A DNA stretch of 64,000 nucleotides from Bugula neritina. Its lineage: Eukaryota; Animalia; Bryozoa. How positions within the stretch are numbered: position 1 is the stretch's first letter; each line of letters begins with the position of its first letter. The stretch spans positions 18,831,700-18,895,699 of the forward strand of contig OZ037768.1 of the NCBI GenBank assembly GCA_964035545.1, in the 5' to 3' direction. The notes beneath the pieces were generated by a model. That model ran no database searches. It was not told where the DNA came from and saw only the letters and a program-made list of their open reading frames with translations. Positions 24,575-64,000 of this stretch are shown here, one piece after another. The position numbers and the translations under genes are program-made.

Positions 24575-24853
24575 AGCCAATAGTGTAGTCTGGGGTAAAG
24601 CTCAAACCCCCCTGTTTATCATTAGTTATCACAGGATGCTTGTTTATAAAGCGTTTTGAGTTGTGTAAAATTGATGTTTCCTACGCTCATGTTTCATGAT
24701 TCTAATAATTATATAATGGTTGGGCAGTTCTAATAACTCTCAATGAAAATAAGAACTTGGTCATTTTCGAAAGAAGTATATTTTAGGGAAACGCAACAAA
24801 ACGTGATTTACACTTGTAGTTGTGTATGTTTTAATTTTGTTTATTAATTTTAG

Positions 24854-40798
<15,945 letters not shown>

Positions 40799-41303
40799 GC
40801 ATCTATGATTGTTCCGTCCGCAAGATTTGGCTCTGTATATTTTGCAATTTTTACAAATTTCTTTTATTCTTTTGCTATTGTACTGTTTTTGCCACTAGAA
40901 ATACTCCCAGTGTTATTTTCATTGTAATATATTGAGTAACAATAAACATATTGTTGATGAGTGTTTCTACATTACAACATCTTCACAAGGCATAACAATA
41001 TGCTGCTATAGCATTGACATCTACTACATTCAACAACAAAGTATATATTAAAGGTCATCTACATACAACAGGTCACGTTTCAGTATTGAAGAAGCCATAG
41101 TATTCATAATTTTCTGAATGCTGAGGATTCTAGTATTATAAACTGTTACTTGACTAATTGTTCATGGCAACAACTTTATAATCATGCAAAGCCATCATCT
41201 TTTATAAAACAATTGCACAGGAAGCTGGTTCAGAGGAATACATAACATGATACAAAACCTGCTTCAATTATATAACTTATAATACTGAATAAATTAAGTA
41301 TTG

Positions 41304-52981
<11,678 letters not shown>

Positions 52982-54082
52982 TGTGAGTCAAGTTTGCCAC
53001 AAGTACGCGTTAGATAAGTTATTCTCCTAGAATAAATAGCTTAAATTGACACATTTGGCAAACAAAACTAAGGTTCAACAAAAAAATTCAACTTTCAGTC
53101 AAAAATTTCATTTAGGCTATGTATAATCCTTAAATTTAAAAGCAAATAATAATGTAACAACTAATACTACTAGTAGCAGTAGGCTACTACTGATGTTAGT
53201 AATACTAATATTTAAATATCATAAATATGAGATAAAACACATATTAATTTTCAACAATAATCAAATACAATTGTAGCACTAGTAGTAGTTATATACTTAT
53301 ATCTATATTAATACTTCAACTTACACTAATACTAATAGGCAACAGCATTATTTAATTATAGCAATAGCAATGAAAGTCATAATGAAAAATTGTAATGTTA
53401 ATCATAGTGATGATCTGAAAATAATCATGATTAATAATATTGTTAATTGCATTTATGATTATTCTCACATCCTGATCATCATTCATTAACTTTAAATGAT
53501 TATGATTAACAATATCATTTAGTGATTTACTTTTAGTTTTACCTCAACATCAACATGACATTTGATAATCACTCAGCTACTGTCACTTAGTTATAGTCAC
53601 AGTCACACTGATACTAATACTCGTAGTCAATACCATAATTAAAATCATTAAATCAGATAATCATAATGCATATGTATATGTCATTGTGATATGAATATCA
53701 ATATTAACATGAAAATGAATTACAAAAGTGAATATAAATTTCGAAATTCTAAAGTAATTTAATTTTTTCATCATCATCACCATTAATTTCAAATTTACCA
53801 ATCAAGTTTGACTTTGAGTCTGGTTATGACAGTTGAACTAAAATTACTTTTAGTTTTACTGATTACTCACTTTAGTTAACGAAAATTAAAAATGAATTTG
53901 AAATAAACCTCATGACAAACGAAACGGGTACACTAAAATCATAAGTGATTAAGAGATTTACTTTAAAATTATGAAACTAAGTGGCGATGTCCTTTATTTT
54001 CTCAGACCTGTAACTGCAGCACAAACTTAAATTGAAAGTCTGTAATTAAAAAAATAGTAAAAAGAAAAAGTTACAGCAAGTC

Positions 54083-54165
54083 ACTCACACTGCACCAGAA
54101 AAAAACCGGAATTGAAATCGAATCGATGTTGACTAGATATTATGATTATTACCATTTGGTAGGAA
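54083..54165. promoter_or_regulatory. Probable non-coding first exon / promoter of beta-adaptin, possibly shared with the + strand orphan gene
   Basis: Minus-strand donor gtgagt (actcac 54083-54088), CCGGAA motif near 54106, matching acceptor near 53027 upstream of the ATG. Confidence 0.45.
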
Positions 54166-56216
54166 AACTTAGGAAGAAAAGATAACTCCATGCACAAACC
54201 ATGCGAAACAGTAATTTATTATTTACAGTATATAATTATCAATGAAAGGTCCTGCTAGTTATTGACAAATACTTTTGCCAGACCTAATTTACTTTTTAGT
54301 TAGCCACTAACCAAAGTGATAGGGTCACTATATCGTGATAATGCTATTGAGATTTAGGTTATATGGCTTATATTTCAGAGAATTTTTCCAATATGGATTC
54401 AATCAAACTTGATAACACTAGTATAGGGTACCTGCGTATATTTATCTAAATCATATGCTTGTGGTGCATTGAACACATCAAGGAAAAAATACTATCATAC
54501 GTCCTTTTCTATAGTTTTGTAATATCTTTTTCTTTTATCTGTTTAACAATCTAACATGGATATAGACTAGAATTTCTGCGAAGCATGCTCAACTTATCAC
54601 AACATGGCTCTGCAGTAACTCTATGCATAGAATAAAGCACAGCTAAAACTGTAAAAACTTATTGCATAATAAAGTAAGCATTAGCCAAAATTGAAAACTG
54701 CCTACCTGCACCTAGTACCTTTAAGTGCAGTCTTCCAGAAACAAACATGATAATAATATGTTATACTTTAAAATGATATGGTAAGGTATGGGTAGATTAT
54801 ATAATTTTGCCTAAACCACAATATAATTATGTATACTTTATTAACTTACTTGCTCCATCATTACATCTAAATATAGTTTTACATTTATCTATGTAGTACA
54901 AACCTAGTAGAAACACCTCCCACTTGCATGCATTTATGCAGTTGAAATATTTATGTATATCTTATATTTGGATGATCTACCACCATTTTATTGACATGAA
55001 TGTATAGCATTTACATATGAAATATTTCTTGAAAAAATTCAGCATAGGTCAGCTGACAGCTAATTTAACTTGACAATATGAAAATAGGTAGGATTTGTCT
55101 TTATCACCATCAGTATGTTTAATAAGGAGTCTAGAACCACATACAGCTTCAGCTATTGTGTAGCTTGCATTAACATAATAATACACTCTAGAAACTTTAT
55201 TACTATTATGATTTATTATTATAACTTCATTCGCAAAGTATCCATCTTTGGCCAATATTGTGATGATGCAGTGACAGTAATACTAATATAATATACTGAA
55301 GTAAGTTGAAGTGAGAGTGTGGCATGCAGAATGGAAGCACATCACCTTTATTTCTTGCAACCCAGATCTGCCTTGTAGAAATGAAATATAATTTTAACAC
55401 AGACCTGGTATTGTGCGGCTTTGAACATACAACATAACTTTCATTCATGTGTTATGAGACAAAATCAGTTGCATAATTTATACCTGTAAACACCAACGAG
55501 TCCAAATGTAATATTTTGATAAATTGAAATTAAGAAAAAAAGAAAGAAAAATATCAACTGTAATAAAATATGGTAAAATATTGTATAAGAAGTTGTATTT
55601 TAGTATCATGCATGCTATAGTCTGCATGATTGACCCAGTTCTACTATTAGTTATTAGGAGTGAAGTTGGGTTGATTAAATAGAGTTATAACTTCTCTTTT
55701 AGTAATATTGTAGTATTATTCATAATTAGAAAAAGATCTATAACTATATTTTGGTGGTATTTCAATATTTGCATAATTTAAATACCTTTCAAATTTTGTA
55801 ATAGTTTACATATTTGGTTTTGATAAAATAAAATATTATTGTCATATGAAGCCAATATATGTTACTAGGCTAGTATTAGAAGCATGTAGCTTGGCTATGT
55901 AAACCTGTTGGTAGATTGTTCACACTTACAGTCACTTCAAGTGTAATGCGATGTTATTAAGGTAAACTTATTAGCATAGCTGACTGGGTTGTTATAAGAA
56001 CAAAATATTTTACAGTCTTATTGTTTTAAGCACTAGCTTTAGTATATGGGGTGTAAGTGTAACTTAAATGTATGTAGTTTGCAAATTAATCATTGTTAAA
56101 GCTCACAGTAATGCAGTACTGTTAGATTTTATTCAAATTTTATTATGTTACATCACCCTACTTATTTTAAAAAGCATTTTGGTTGCTTGCAGTATTCCTG
56201 CGCATTAAGAAATAGC

Positions 56217-59200
56217 ATGCTATACCTGGATGAAGACCAGTTTTTCAATCAGGAGGTGGAAAGCAAACGAGCTGGAAATAATGACTCTGGTTCGAATCTT
56301 CCTACCGGCTATCAAGGATATCAAACACTTTCTGCAGGACTAACGGAGCCAACGCAAGCGCCAATTCTGCTACCAAACTATGCGAGTGGATACGCTCCCA
56401 ACCAGCAGTCTGCTTCCGAAATCTTAAACTACCATTTAGATCAGATCAATTTGCTGACCTCTGAATCACCCACTCTAGCCAATCACAATGCACTCAATCA
56501 GCCAATAGAGTTCGTGCAACAAGAAAACTTTGTTGAAACTGATAACGGCAATTTTCCACAAGAGGAGAATATAGCTTTTAGTCCACAGCCAGCTCAAGAG
56601 CCTTTTGCTTTTGATGGAAGTATTCAAAGTAATGACATTGGGTTACAATCTGCTAACCAAGCCTCCTTCTTACCAAACGCTTCTCAGTTATATGGCTACT
56701 TGCCAATGCAACAGGTGCCACCAGAATTCTTGGGTGAATTATACGTCAACCAACCATCAGACTATGCCCCTCAGTATGATGCTAATGGCAATGTACTAAG
56801 TGCACCTTATCAGAATGAAAGTGTACCAGATAATCCACCCATAGATACCAACACCTCTGAGCTTGGTAAATCAAACCAGGAAAGTGGTGTAGACTCGACA
56901 GATGCTAAGGATGCAGGTCAGAATCCAGGTGATGATCCTATAATTACAGGAGGTCAGCCCACCAGCGAAAAACCAGAAGATACGTTGCCAAAGTCATGTG
57001 GTATGCTGTTTTACGAATGGCCTTTATTTATGTGTTTACAGAAGTAAATAATTAGTGCATAAATAAAATTTCCTTCCATCTTTACTTCCCAATTTATAAA
57101 TTATTTCCATAAGTTAAAATTTTTAACTTTGAAATGAACAGTAGAAATATTTTTTTAGTCTTTGATTAGTTGGTCCTATTTCAGCCCTACTGTCTATTAA
57201 CAAATAATTTTATATTTATTGCAAATGTTTACCAACCAGTTTATAGACAATGCACCAAATTATATACCTGATGATAATGTTGAAAAATTATTGGAATAAA
57301 ATGATAGTAAATAAATACAAAATATTTCAATAATTTTAATATAGATGTGAATAATTCTAAAGATGAGTCTTTGCTCAATCAAATCTTTCGAAAAATGTCA
57401 GTTCAAACACATTTTGATGGCGGATATACTAACTATGAAGTTAACCTTAGTGCAGTGGAAAAGGAAAGAAAAGTGATTACAGACAAAAATGGAGTTGCCA
57501 CATCAGAAGAAATTGTTATCAAAAAGGTATAAAAAGCTAAACTCAAAATTTACAGCTACTACATGTCTAGTATTTAATCTAAAAATTGTATATATACAGA
57601 CATAAATAGCAATATAATCTATGATGAATCGGTGTTAGAACAAATAAACATGTTGCGTGGCTATTGATACATGAAATATAGCAGAATTTAAATTTACAGA
57701 GCAAGATTGGCCAAACAACTTGTGGTGAACAGTATCTGATAGAGAAGCGTACAACCATTCGAACACCCAGAGCTACAGTATTGAAGTCTAGTGAAACCCA
57801 ACCAAACGAATTGAACATTTCTGAAGTTGAGCAGTCTGCTAGCGTTGACCAAATCAGCGAATCAGAAGCGAAATGTGAAATGGAGCCAAAAGAAAAAGCT
57901 CCTACAGATAAAGTTGGAGAAACAGTATCTGAATCAAAACAAAATGTAAATTGTAAAGTATCAATTGATAAAGTGAATAAAGCCGTCAGCCGCCCATCCC
58001 TAAATTTCAGCCACGTTCTGCTTAAGAATCTACCGCAGGATGAAGCCCAGCAAACAGGTCTCAACTGCCAGGACAATTTATCGTCGGAAAACGCTGTGAA
58101 CGGCATTGGTGTTGGCACAGATCCTGTTAAACCTCAGAAGACAAACCTTCTCAACCAAAGCTCTTTGTTTTCTAATCACGGTAATCAAACTTCCAAAAGT
58201 AACCCTTCAGAACGACTACCACTCGATCACCAGATTTCTGATGTTATAATTACTAAGAATTCAGGAACTCAATGTAACCTACCGCCTCCTAAAAAAGTCA
58301 ACCATCACAGTGCTGATAGGTAAGTTTAGATGTCAAGTTGGTTAACCTAAGATGACAACAATTTTTAAAAAAACATGGTTACAAGTAATAAAATAAAAAG
58401 CATCACTATATTATTTTATCATTTAACAATTATAATGACTGCTCCACTTTAACTATCATAGCAAATTTATAAAAGAAAGATCAACGTATTTAAATAGTTA
58501 TCTTCAATGATATTTGTGTAGTGCCCTGAATCCTAAGGATAAAGCCAAATAATTATGTGATTGCAATTTAGCCTGTTCAATAGCAACTAATCATACAATG
58601 AGTATATAAAGTAAGAACTGTTACTGTGTTTTAGCAGCTCAAGGAAAAGATTCAAGAGTGGGCCAAGTACAGAAAAGGTATTGGTAGATTTTGTACCTAG
58701 TTATGATTGTTAATATTATGAAGCTACAGTAATTAGTTGCATAACGAGGCAATTTTTATAGGATTTATACAGTGATTGTATAAAATGTAAGCAATTTATT
58801 TATTGAAAAAAATTGAGAAGCAATATATTATATAATAGCACTTTTTGGTTTGAATGTATTAGGAGAATCAGCTATGAAATGGAGATACTGTGTTATAAAC
58901 TACTAAAATAAGCTTATCATATTATACAGGAGAATAGGTGCATAATGTCATATATAAGGTCATATACAAGGTCATATACAACTTTCTTTTAATTGAGGAA
59001 TTAATCAGCTGTTAGCAGCTCCACATAAAATAATTACAGAAACATGGGGGTCATTTTGCTGCATTTTCTTTTAATTTTGTGCTTATAAAATAAGAATTGT
59101 TCATACTGTATAATTTTTTTATATATATTTCAAAATTGTTTTCATAGAATCTTGAACGGAGACAAGATTACTTAGAGCAGCAGCATCAACGTCTCTCCCT

Positions 59201-60977
59201 AGAAATAAACGAGGAAGGCTGCTTGACGAATGTTATTATGACTCATAATACTCAAGAGAAACATGTGAAGAATTGCAAAATAAAGGAAAGATTAGCTATT
59301 GATAGAAAAGTGCCTTCTAAAAAATCTAAAGATGCAGGTATTTGACCATACTTCCTAAATCAACAAGTTAATACTTATTTCCTATATGATAAGAGGTTTT
59401 AAGGCTGCAGGCTCATATATATTCTATAACAATATAATATAATTGCAGTTACCATTTCAACTGTTGTCACTTCAAAATAATCTTGTTGCATAATTTTCAG
59501 AAGTTATTCAGCCAAAAATAAGACCACCCAAGATGAAAAAACTACCTTTCGAAGTCTGGCATTCAGACACAGGTCAGGGATTGCTATAGTATTATCTCCA
59601 TCTGAGAAGACTTCAACATACTTACTTCAGTTGCTTCTCTTTACATAGAGTATACTGTGTGTAGAGTATAATTTGTGTAGAGTATACTTTGTATAGAGTA
59701 TACTTTGTATACAGTATACTTTGTATAGAGTATACTGTATATAAAGTATACTTTGTATAGAGTATACTTTGAATAGAGTATACTGTGTGTAAAGTATAAT
59801 ACTTTGTATAGAGTATACTGTATATAAAGTATACTTTGTATAGAGTATACTTTGAATAGAGTATACTGTGTGTAAAGTATAATACTTTGCATAGAGTAAG
59901 TGTACTTTGCATAGAGCAAGTATACTGTGCATGGAGTAAGTATGTTTTGTACATACAGTATGAATACTACTTGTAGAAGAAGATGAAGTAATTGGAGACA
60001 TAGACTCTGAGTTTTCATTTAATGTTTTACCAGTTGCAGGTTTGTTGAATTTCTCTATTTCTATTGTTACTGAGAACATTTCAGTAACACATCTCTAACC
60101 ATTCAACTTTCACCTTATTTTAGAGCATTGAAATTTCAAAATTGCTTGTTACATAAAAATCCTGATGGGGTCTGAATAGGTTTGAAAGCATCTTTTATCT
60201 TCACTAATTACGCATCTTTCTACAATAAGTTTAAGTGGAAGGCTTTACTGCCATATGCAGGATGATCATTTCTTACTATCAGTGTCTGATCAGTAACTAA
60301 TAACAATAATTACCTTTATGGCATATTACTTTCTGCTAGCACATTCTCTTGCTATTTGAAAGCAGCAGTTATATTAAAACTGTGCAATAAAGTCAAATTT
60401 TCTCAGTATGTTCCATAAACTTAAAACAGTTCTACATATTTCAGAGATGTCTGCTAAAACGAATGCAACTTAAATCATAATGTCTTTCTTGTTAGCTTGA
60501 CAGAAGTCTATTCTATTTGTTTTTGCAGTTCACTACTTGTTATCATACTTTAGAGTTTAGATATATTTCTTTATCATTTCATAGATACACTTAATTTTTA
60601 TATCCAACTAATTGATTACATATTATTAATACAGCTGCATAGTTGCAATAAAGATAAAATATGACTCAAATTCAAATGATCAGCTGTTGTATATTGTAAT
60701 AATGCCACTCATCATATGGCAGACATTGTAACACATGGTCGTGCATGTATGTTTACAGGCCATGCTAAGAAAGATTCATCTGGTTCATGCCTTAGAAGTC
60801 CAGCAAACCCAGGTTAGTATAATATAGTATCAGCCAAATATTTTCACATGGTATATTATACTCTAAAAAAGCATGTGCTATAAGTTTTGCTTATTTTATG
60901 TATACTATCAGTAATTTTTCAACCTAATCAGTATATTATTATAACTCATAGGTAGGACATCGTTGTGTAACATGTAG
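56217..60977 (+). CDS. Orphan gene, ~656 aa, predicted largely disordered (Q/N/P/acidic N-half, K/S-rich C-half with NLS-like motifs)
   Basis: Exons 56217-57000, 57345-57526, 57700-58319, 58635-58677, 59148-59337, 59501-59572, 60759-60812, 60952-60977; GT-AG with matching phases; first and last exons less certain. Confidence 0.7.
59644..59945. repeat. ~16-bp minisatellite (tatagagtatactttg) with higher-order repetition
   Basis: Repeated gtatagagtatactttg / gagtatactgtgtgtaaagtataatac blocks. Confidence 0.9.
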
Positions 60978-62112
60978 TAGTGGTGAAATGGAATGTTGAA
61001 ATAGCATAATACATTTATGGCATACAATTATAGTAAAATAGCACAATTTGCTTATATTATAGTTATACAAGGTGTTCTATATATGAAGGTCTGTATATAA
61101 CACAATATTATGTTGCTTACTAGTTGTAATAGTAATTAGTGTAGCTACTGTGATATAAACAATATTTCTTTGTCCATTGGATTGATTTGGTTGCATAATT
61201 GTATTCAGAATTTGTTGTAAGTTTGAAATAATCTGCATGTCTATTATTCTTTGTATGTTTGTAGCTGTTGATTCTAAGATGTATGGGAGAAGCAATCAAT
61301 TGAGGCTGTAAAATGTTAATGTCAGTTTGACTCATCCAGATTCTGCTTTTTTTTGGACCAAAAAAGCTAATTATGTTAAATAACGACGCCAGTTTTTACT
61401 TAATAAAAAGAATAATTTGTTTTAAACCAGCATAATAAAATTGATGTTTGTGTGAAAAACTTAACTATATTCTAAAATATTGTGTTCAAGAAAGCGTGAC
61501 AATAAAATTATCATGTTAAATTTCCAATATTACTATGCTGTTTATACATGTATTTAAGGGTTGGAGAAAGCTTTTAAAAGTATATATTGTTTAGTAATAA
61601 TATAGCTACAGCACTTGAAAATATGTGTTCAGTTGTACATGCATAAAAATGGAAGCATCTCAAAATCTGTTTCCAATTTTGCTTCGATCTTTATTAATCT
61701 TCCAACTAAGTCCCATACCAAATTAATTTGTTGAAATAGGTGTGAAGAATTAAGCAAACAAGATTTGAAGTGCATTTTTACTCATAGTTATTATGATATT
61801 TTGCTGTGGTAGCATTATCTATAACATTTTTGCACTCCGCACATACTTTAAATTGGACATTTTCTATAATGCTATAATCAATATAATAGAGGGATTATCA
61901 TTATGTATAAACTCAAAAGATCAACTTGATTTAACAACTACTGACTTTGGGGGAAAAAATTGGTTAAGCTATTATTAAACAAACAAAAGCTTTTACAAAA
62001 CTTATTTGTAAAGCTAAGTTGAAAACTCAAGCGCAGAAATATCTAATGAGAAATACTATTTTAAGATGGGACAACTCAATTATTCATTATTTAATTCGAA
62101 ATATGTCGGTAT

Positions 62113-62190
62113 GGTTATATTTCGGATTTAATAGCAGCTTTCATTACATGATGATGTAATGAAAGCTGCTATTAAATCCGAAATATAACC
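62113..62190. repeat. Perfect 37-bp hairpin with 4-nt loop
   Basis: ggttatatttcggatttaatagcagctttcattacat-gatg-atgtaatgaaagctgctattaaatccgaaatataacc. Confidence 0.93.
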
Positions 62191-62465
62191 GTTACAACTC
62201 AAAAACATTTTATAAAAGTTTATGTTTTTATTATATTTTTTAAATAAAAGTTATTAAGGAAAATTGTAAAAAGTGAGTACATCTCTCACGTATTAGTAAT
62301 TTTGTTACTGCCATTTTCAGAAAGTTTCCTCTATATTTTCATGTCCGGTACTACAATATGAGTTAAAAGTCTAAAATCAAACAATTGCAATTAAACTTAA
62401 AATTATTATTTGACTTGATATAGCCGACATTGTCGCTGTGATAATTAGTTATTACAATTAATGAG

Positions 62466-63514
62466 ATGACAAATCGTGGTATTCCTAGTGCTTTTCTTCG
62501 AACTACATTGCATAATGGTATTGGAAGATATGTGTGCCAATTGCAACGACTCACGATAAAGTTTTGCAAGGAGCAAAAACAAAGTAGGGGTGTTAGGTGA
62601 GCTTATAGTTTAATTGTAAAAGTATTATAGTGTACGCTAAATCTAAAGCTAATAATGAAGTTAAAGAACGCTGAGTTTTAAATTTTAAAACTCGAATGTT
62701 ATAATAATGATTATTATCATTATGACCATGGTGATTCACAAAGCTGATAGTGATAGTGATACTCATAGTCATGGTGATATAGCTGAATATAGCTGAATAA
62801 TAACTTCAATATAGCTAGACCTAATGCTACAAATATAATCTATTTATTTCTATTATTTGTTTGTTCTCTGTGTTTAAAGATTGATTGTCAGTTGGATTCA
62901 AAATTGGTAATCTTTTTTCAATTTTTACTTCAAGAACGATGTCTTAAATGATAAGTAAACTTTTTTATATAGTCGCATATTTAGTGTGTTAATATCATTT
63001 CTGTAACTTTTTGCAGAGATTTTATAGAAAATGGTTTGGTAGATTTTGCAAAGAACAACCCTTCTGTAGCAGTGTATGCACAAGTAAAGAGACACAGAAG
63101 TCCTGCTCTGGTAGCAGAATATTGTAAGCTTTGTCTGGTGTTGAGTAAATAAAACTTAGTTGTGTTTATCTACTTTATATAAGTAGGCAGTTGGTTATAG
63201 CAGCTGTACAACAACTTTTGTTTATTTCATCAATGTAGTTTCAACATCAATGACATGAGTTTCCACTGAAAGTTTTTAGGAGTTGCTTTCTTTTGTCAAA
63301 GACTATAATTATGCAACAAGTTAATATGGTCTAACAATTTTGTAATACAAGTTGTTCTCCTTTATTTAGTACACACTTGTGCAAAATTCTAAGCAATTGT
63401 AAGCCATTTGTATTGGTTTTTTTCCAGTAAATGGTAAGACACATATTATACCAGTGGCTGAAAAAGAGGCTGCTGAGCTACTAGAGTGGCTGGATTTTCT
63501 ACGTACCCGATCAG
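62466..63514 (+). CDS. MRPL43: Mitochondrial ribosomal protein L43 (mL43), first three exons; continues beyond window
   Basis: Exons 62466-62596 ([40 protein letters not shown]), 63017-63123 ([27 protein letters not shown]), 63428-63514 (LNG..LRTRSG). Confidence 0.93.
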
Positions 63515-64000
63515 GTTAGTTTTGCTACCATCTTTCTAAGATTTTGCTAGTAGCAAGTTTAAATTATAGTAAGTGTCTTAAAACAAAGGAAAAACTGAGA
63601 TTTTTATGAGAAATTATGAACATTTTTTATTCAGAGGAAATTGCAAAATAGTTTCCTCTGTACCAGTTGGTCTGAAGAATGTAGGCAGTAACTAGAATAA
63701 ACTTCATGATAAAATTACAACAAGATTCGCAGTAACCTTTCCTTTCAATAAAAACCAATTCCTCTAACTAAAGCATCAGGTTTATTAAAAATTATACTGT
63801 TTTGATCAAAATGAACATAAGTAGTGCAAGTTGCTCACCAAAGTGGTATGCACGTATATAAAGTCTAAGTACCAGCATACTATGACCTTTTGCATATAAA
63901 GCAATAAATAAAGTTGCTTGGCCTCTGTTTTGTGAATATAACATAAGTATGAACATTAATCAGCAGATACTAAGAACAATATCATGCTGCCTCTGGTGTC

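Noticed and set aside
55049-55448. Two overlapping minus-strand ORFs suggesting a frameshifted pseudogene
   Set aside because: No recognisable motif or reliable exon chain; lengths compatible with chance.
57579-58118. 179-aa minus-strand ORF, and similar shadows at 12346-12573, 14216-14500, 46365-46640
   Set aside because: Antisense shadows of real exons on the opposite strand.
59622-60079. Three overlapping minus-strand Tyr-rich ORFs
   Set aside because: Produced by the 16-bp minisatellite inside an intron of the + strand gene.
60960-60977. CaaX prenylation motif at the end of the orphan protein (SLCNM*)
   Set aside because: Cys is third from the end, not fourth, and the last exon is uncertain.
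60080-61335. Possible decayed antisense coding sequence
   Set aside because: Stop density close to that expected for this AT content; no identifiable homology.

Overview
AT-rich, intron-dense animal (invertebrate-type) nuclear DNA; no prokaryotic features. Seven spliced genes could be reconstructed by hand from GT-AG junctions and reading-frame continuity: an orphan 3-exon membrane-protein-like gene (-, 3.3-4.9 kb), a 5-exon Wnt ligand (+, 11.2-15.9 kb), UBE2V/Mms2-Uev1 (-, 19.1-21.9 kb), a large uncharacterised ~29-exon HEAT-repeat-like gene (+, 24.9-40.8 kb), the AP-1/AP-2 beta-adaptin gene (-, 41.3-53.0 kb, 20 coding exons, 927 aa), an orphan low-complexity gene (+, 56.2-61.0 kb) and the 5' part of MRPL43 (+, from 62.5 kb). 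Mobile DNA: four copies of a tRNA-headed, T-tailed SINE (two with clear TSDs), a 5'-truncated LINE, a TIR element with a nested solo LTR, a TTAA-flanked Kolobok-type element, two copies of a foldback MITE, a tRNA pseudogene, and many micro/minisatellites and perfect hairpins. Most interesting: the uncharacterised HEAT protein with an acidic di-tryptophan tail lying tail-to-tail with beta-adaptin; a micro-duplication/palindrome texture in promoter-proximal introns; a Wnt with a polybasic furin-like insert and an atypical lipidation loop; a duplicated in-frame splice donor. All coordinates were read by eye; no database searches were run.
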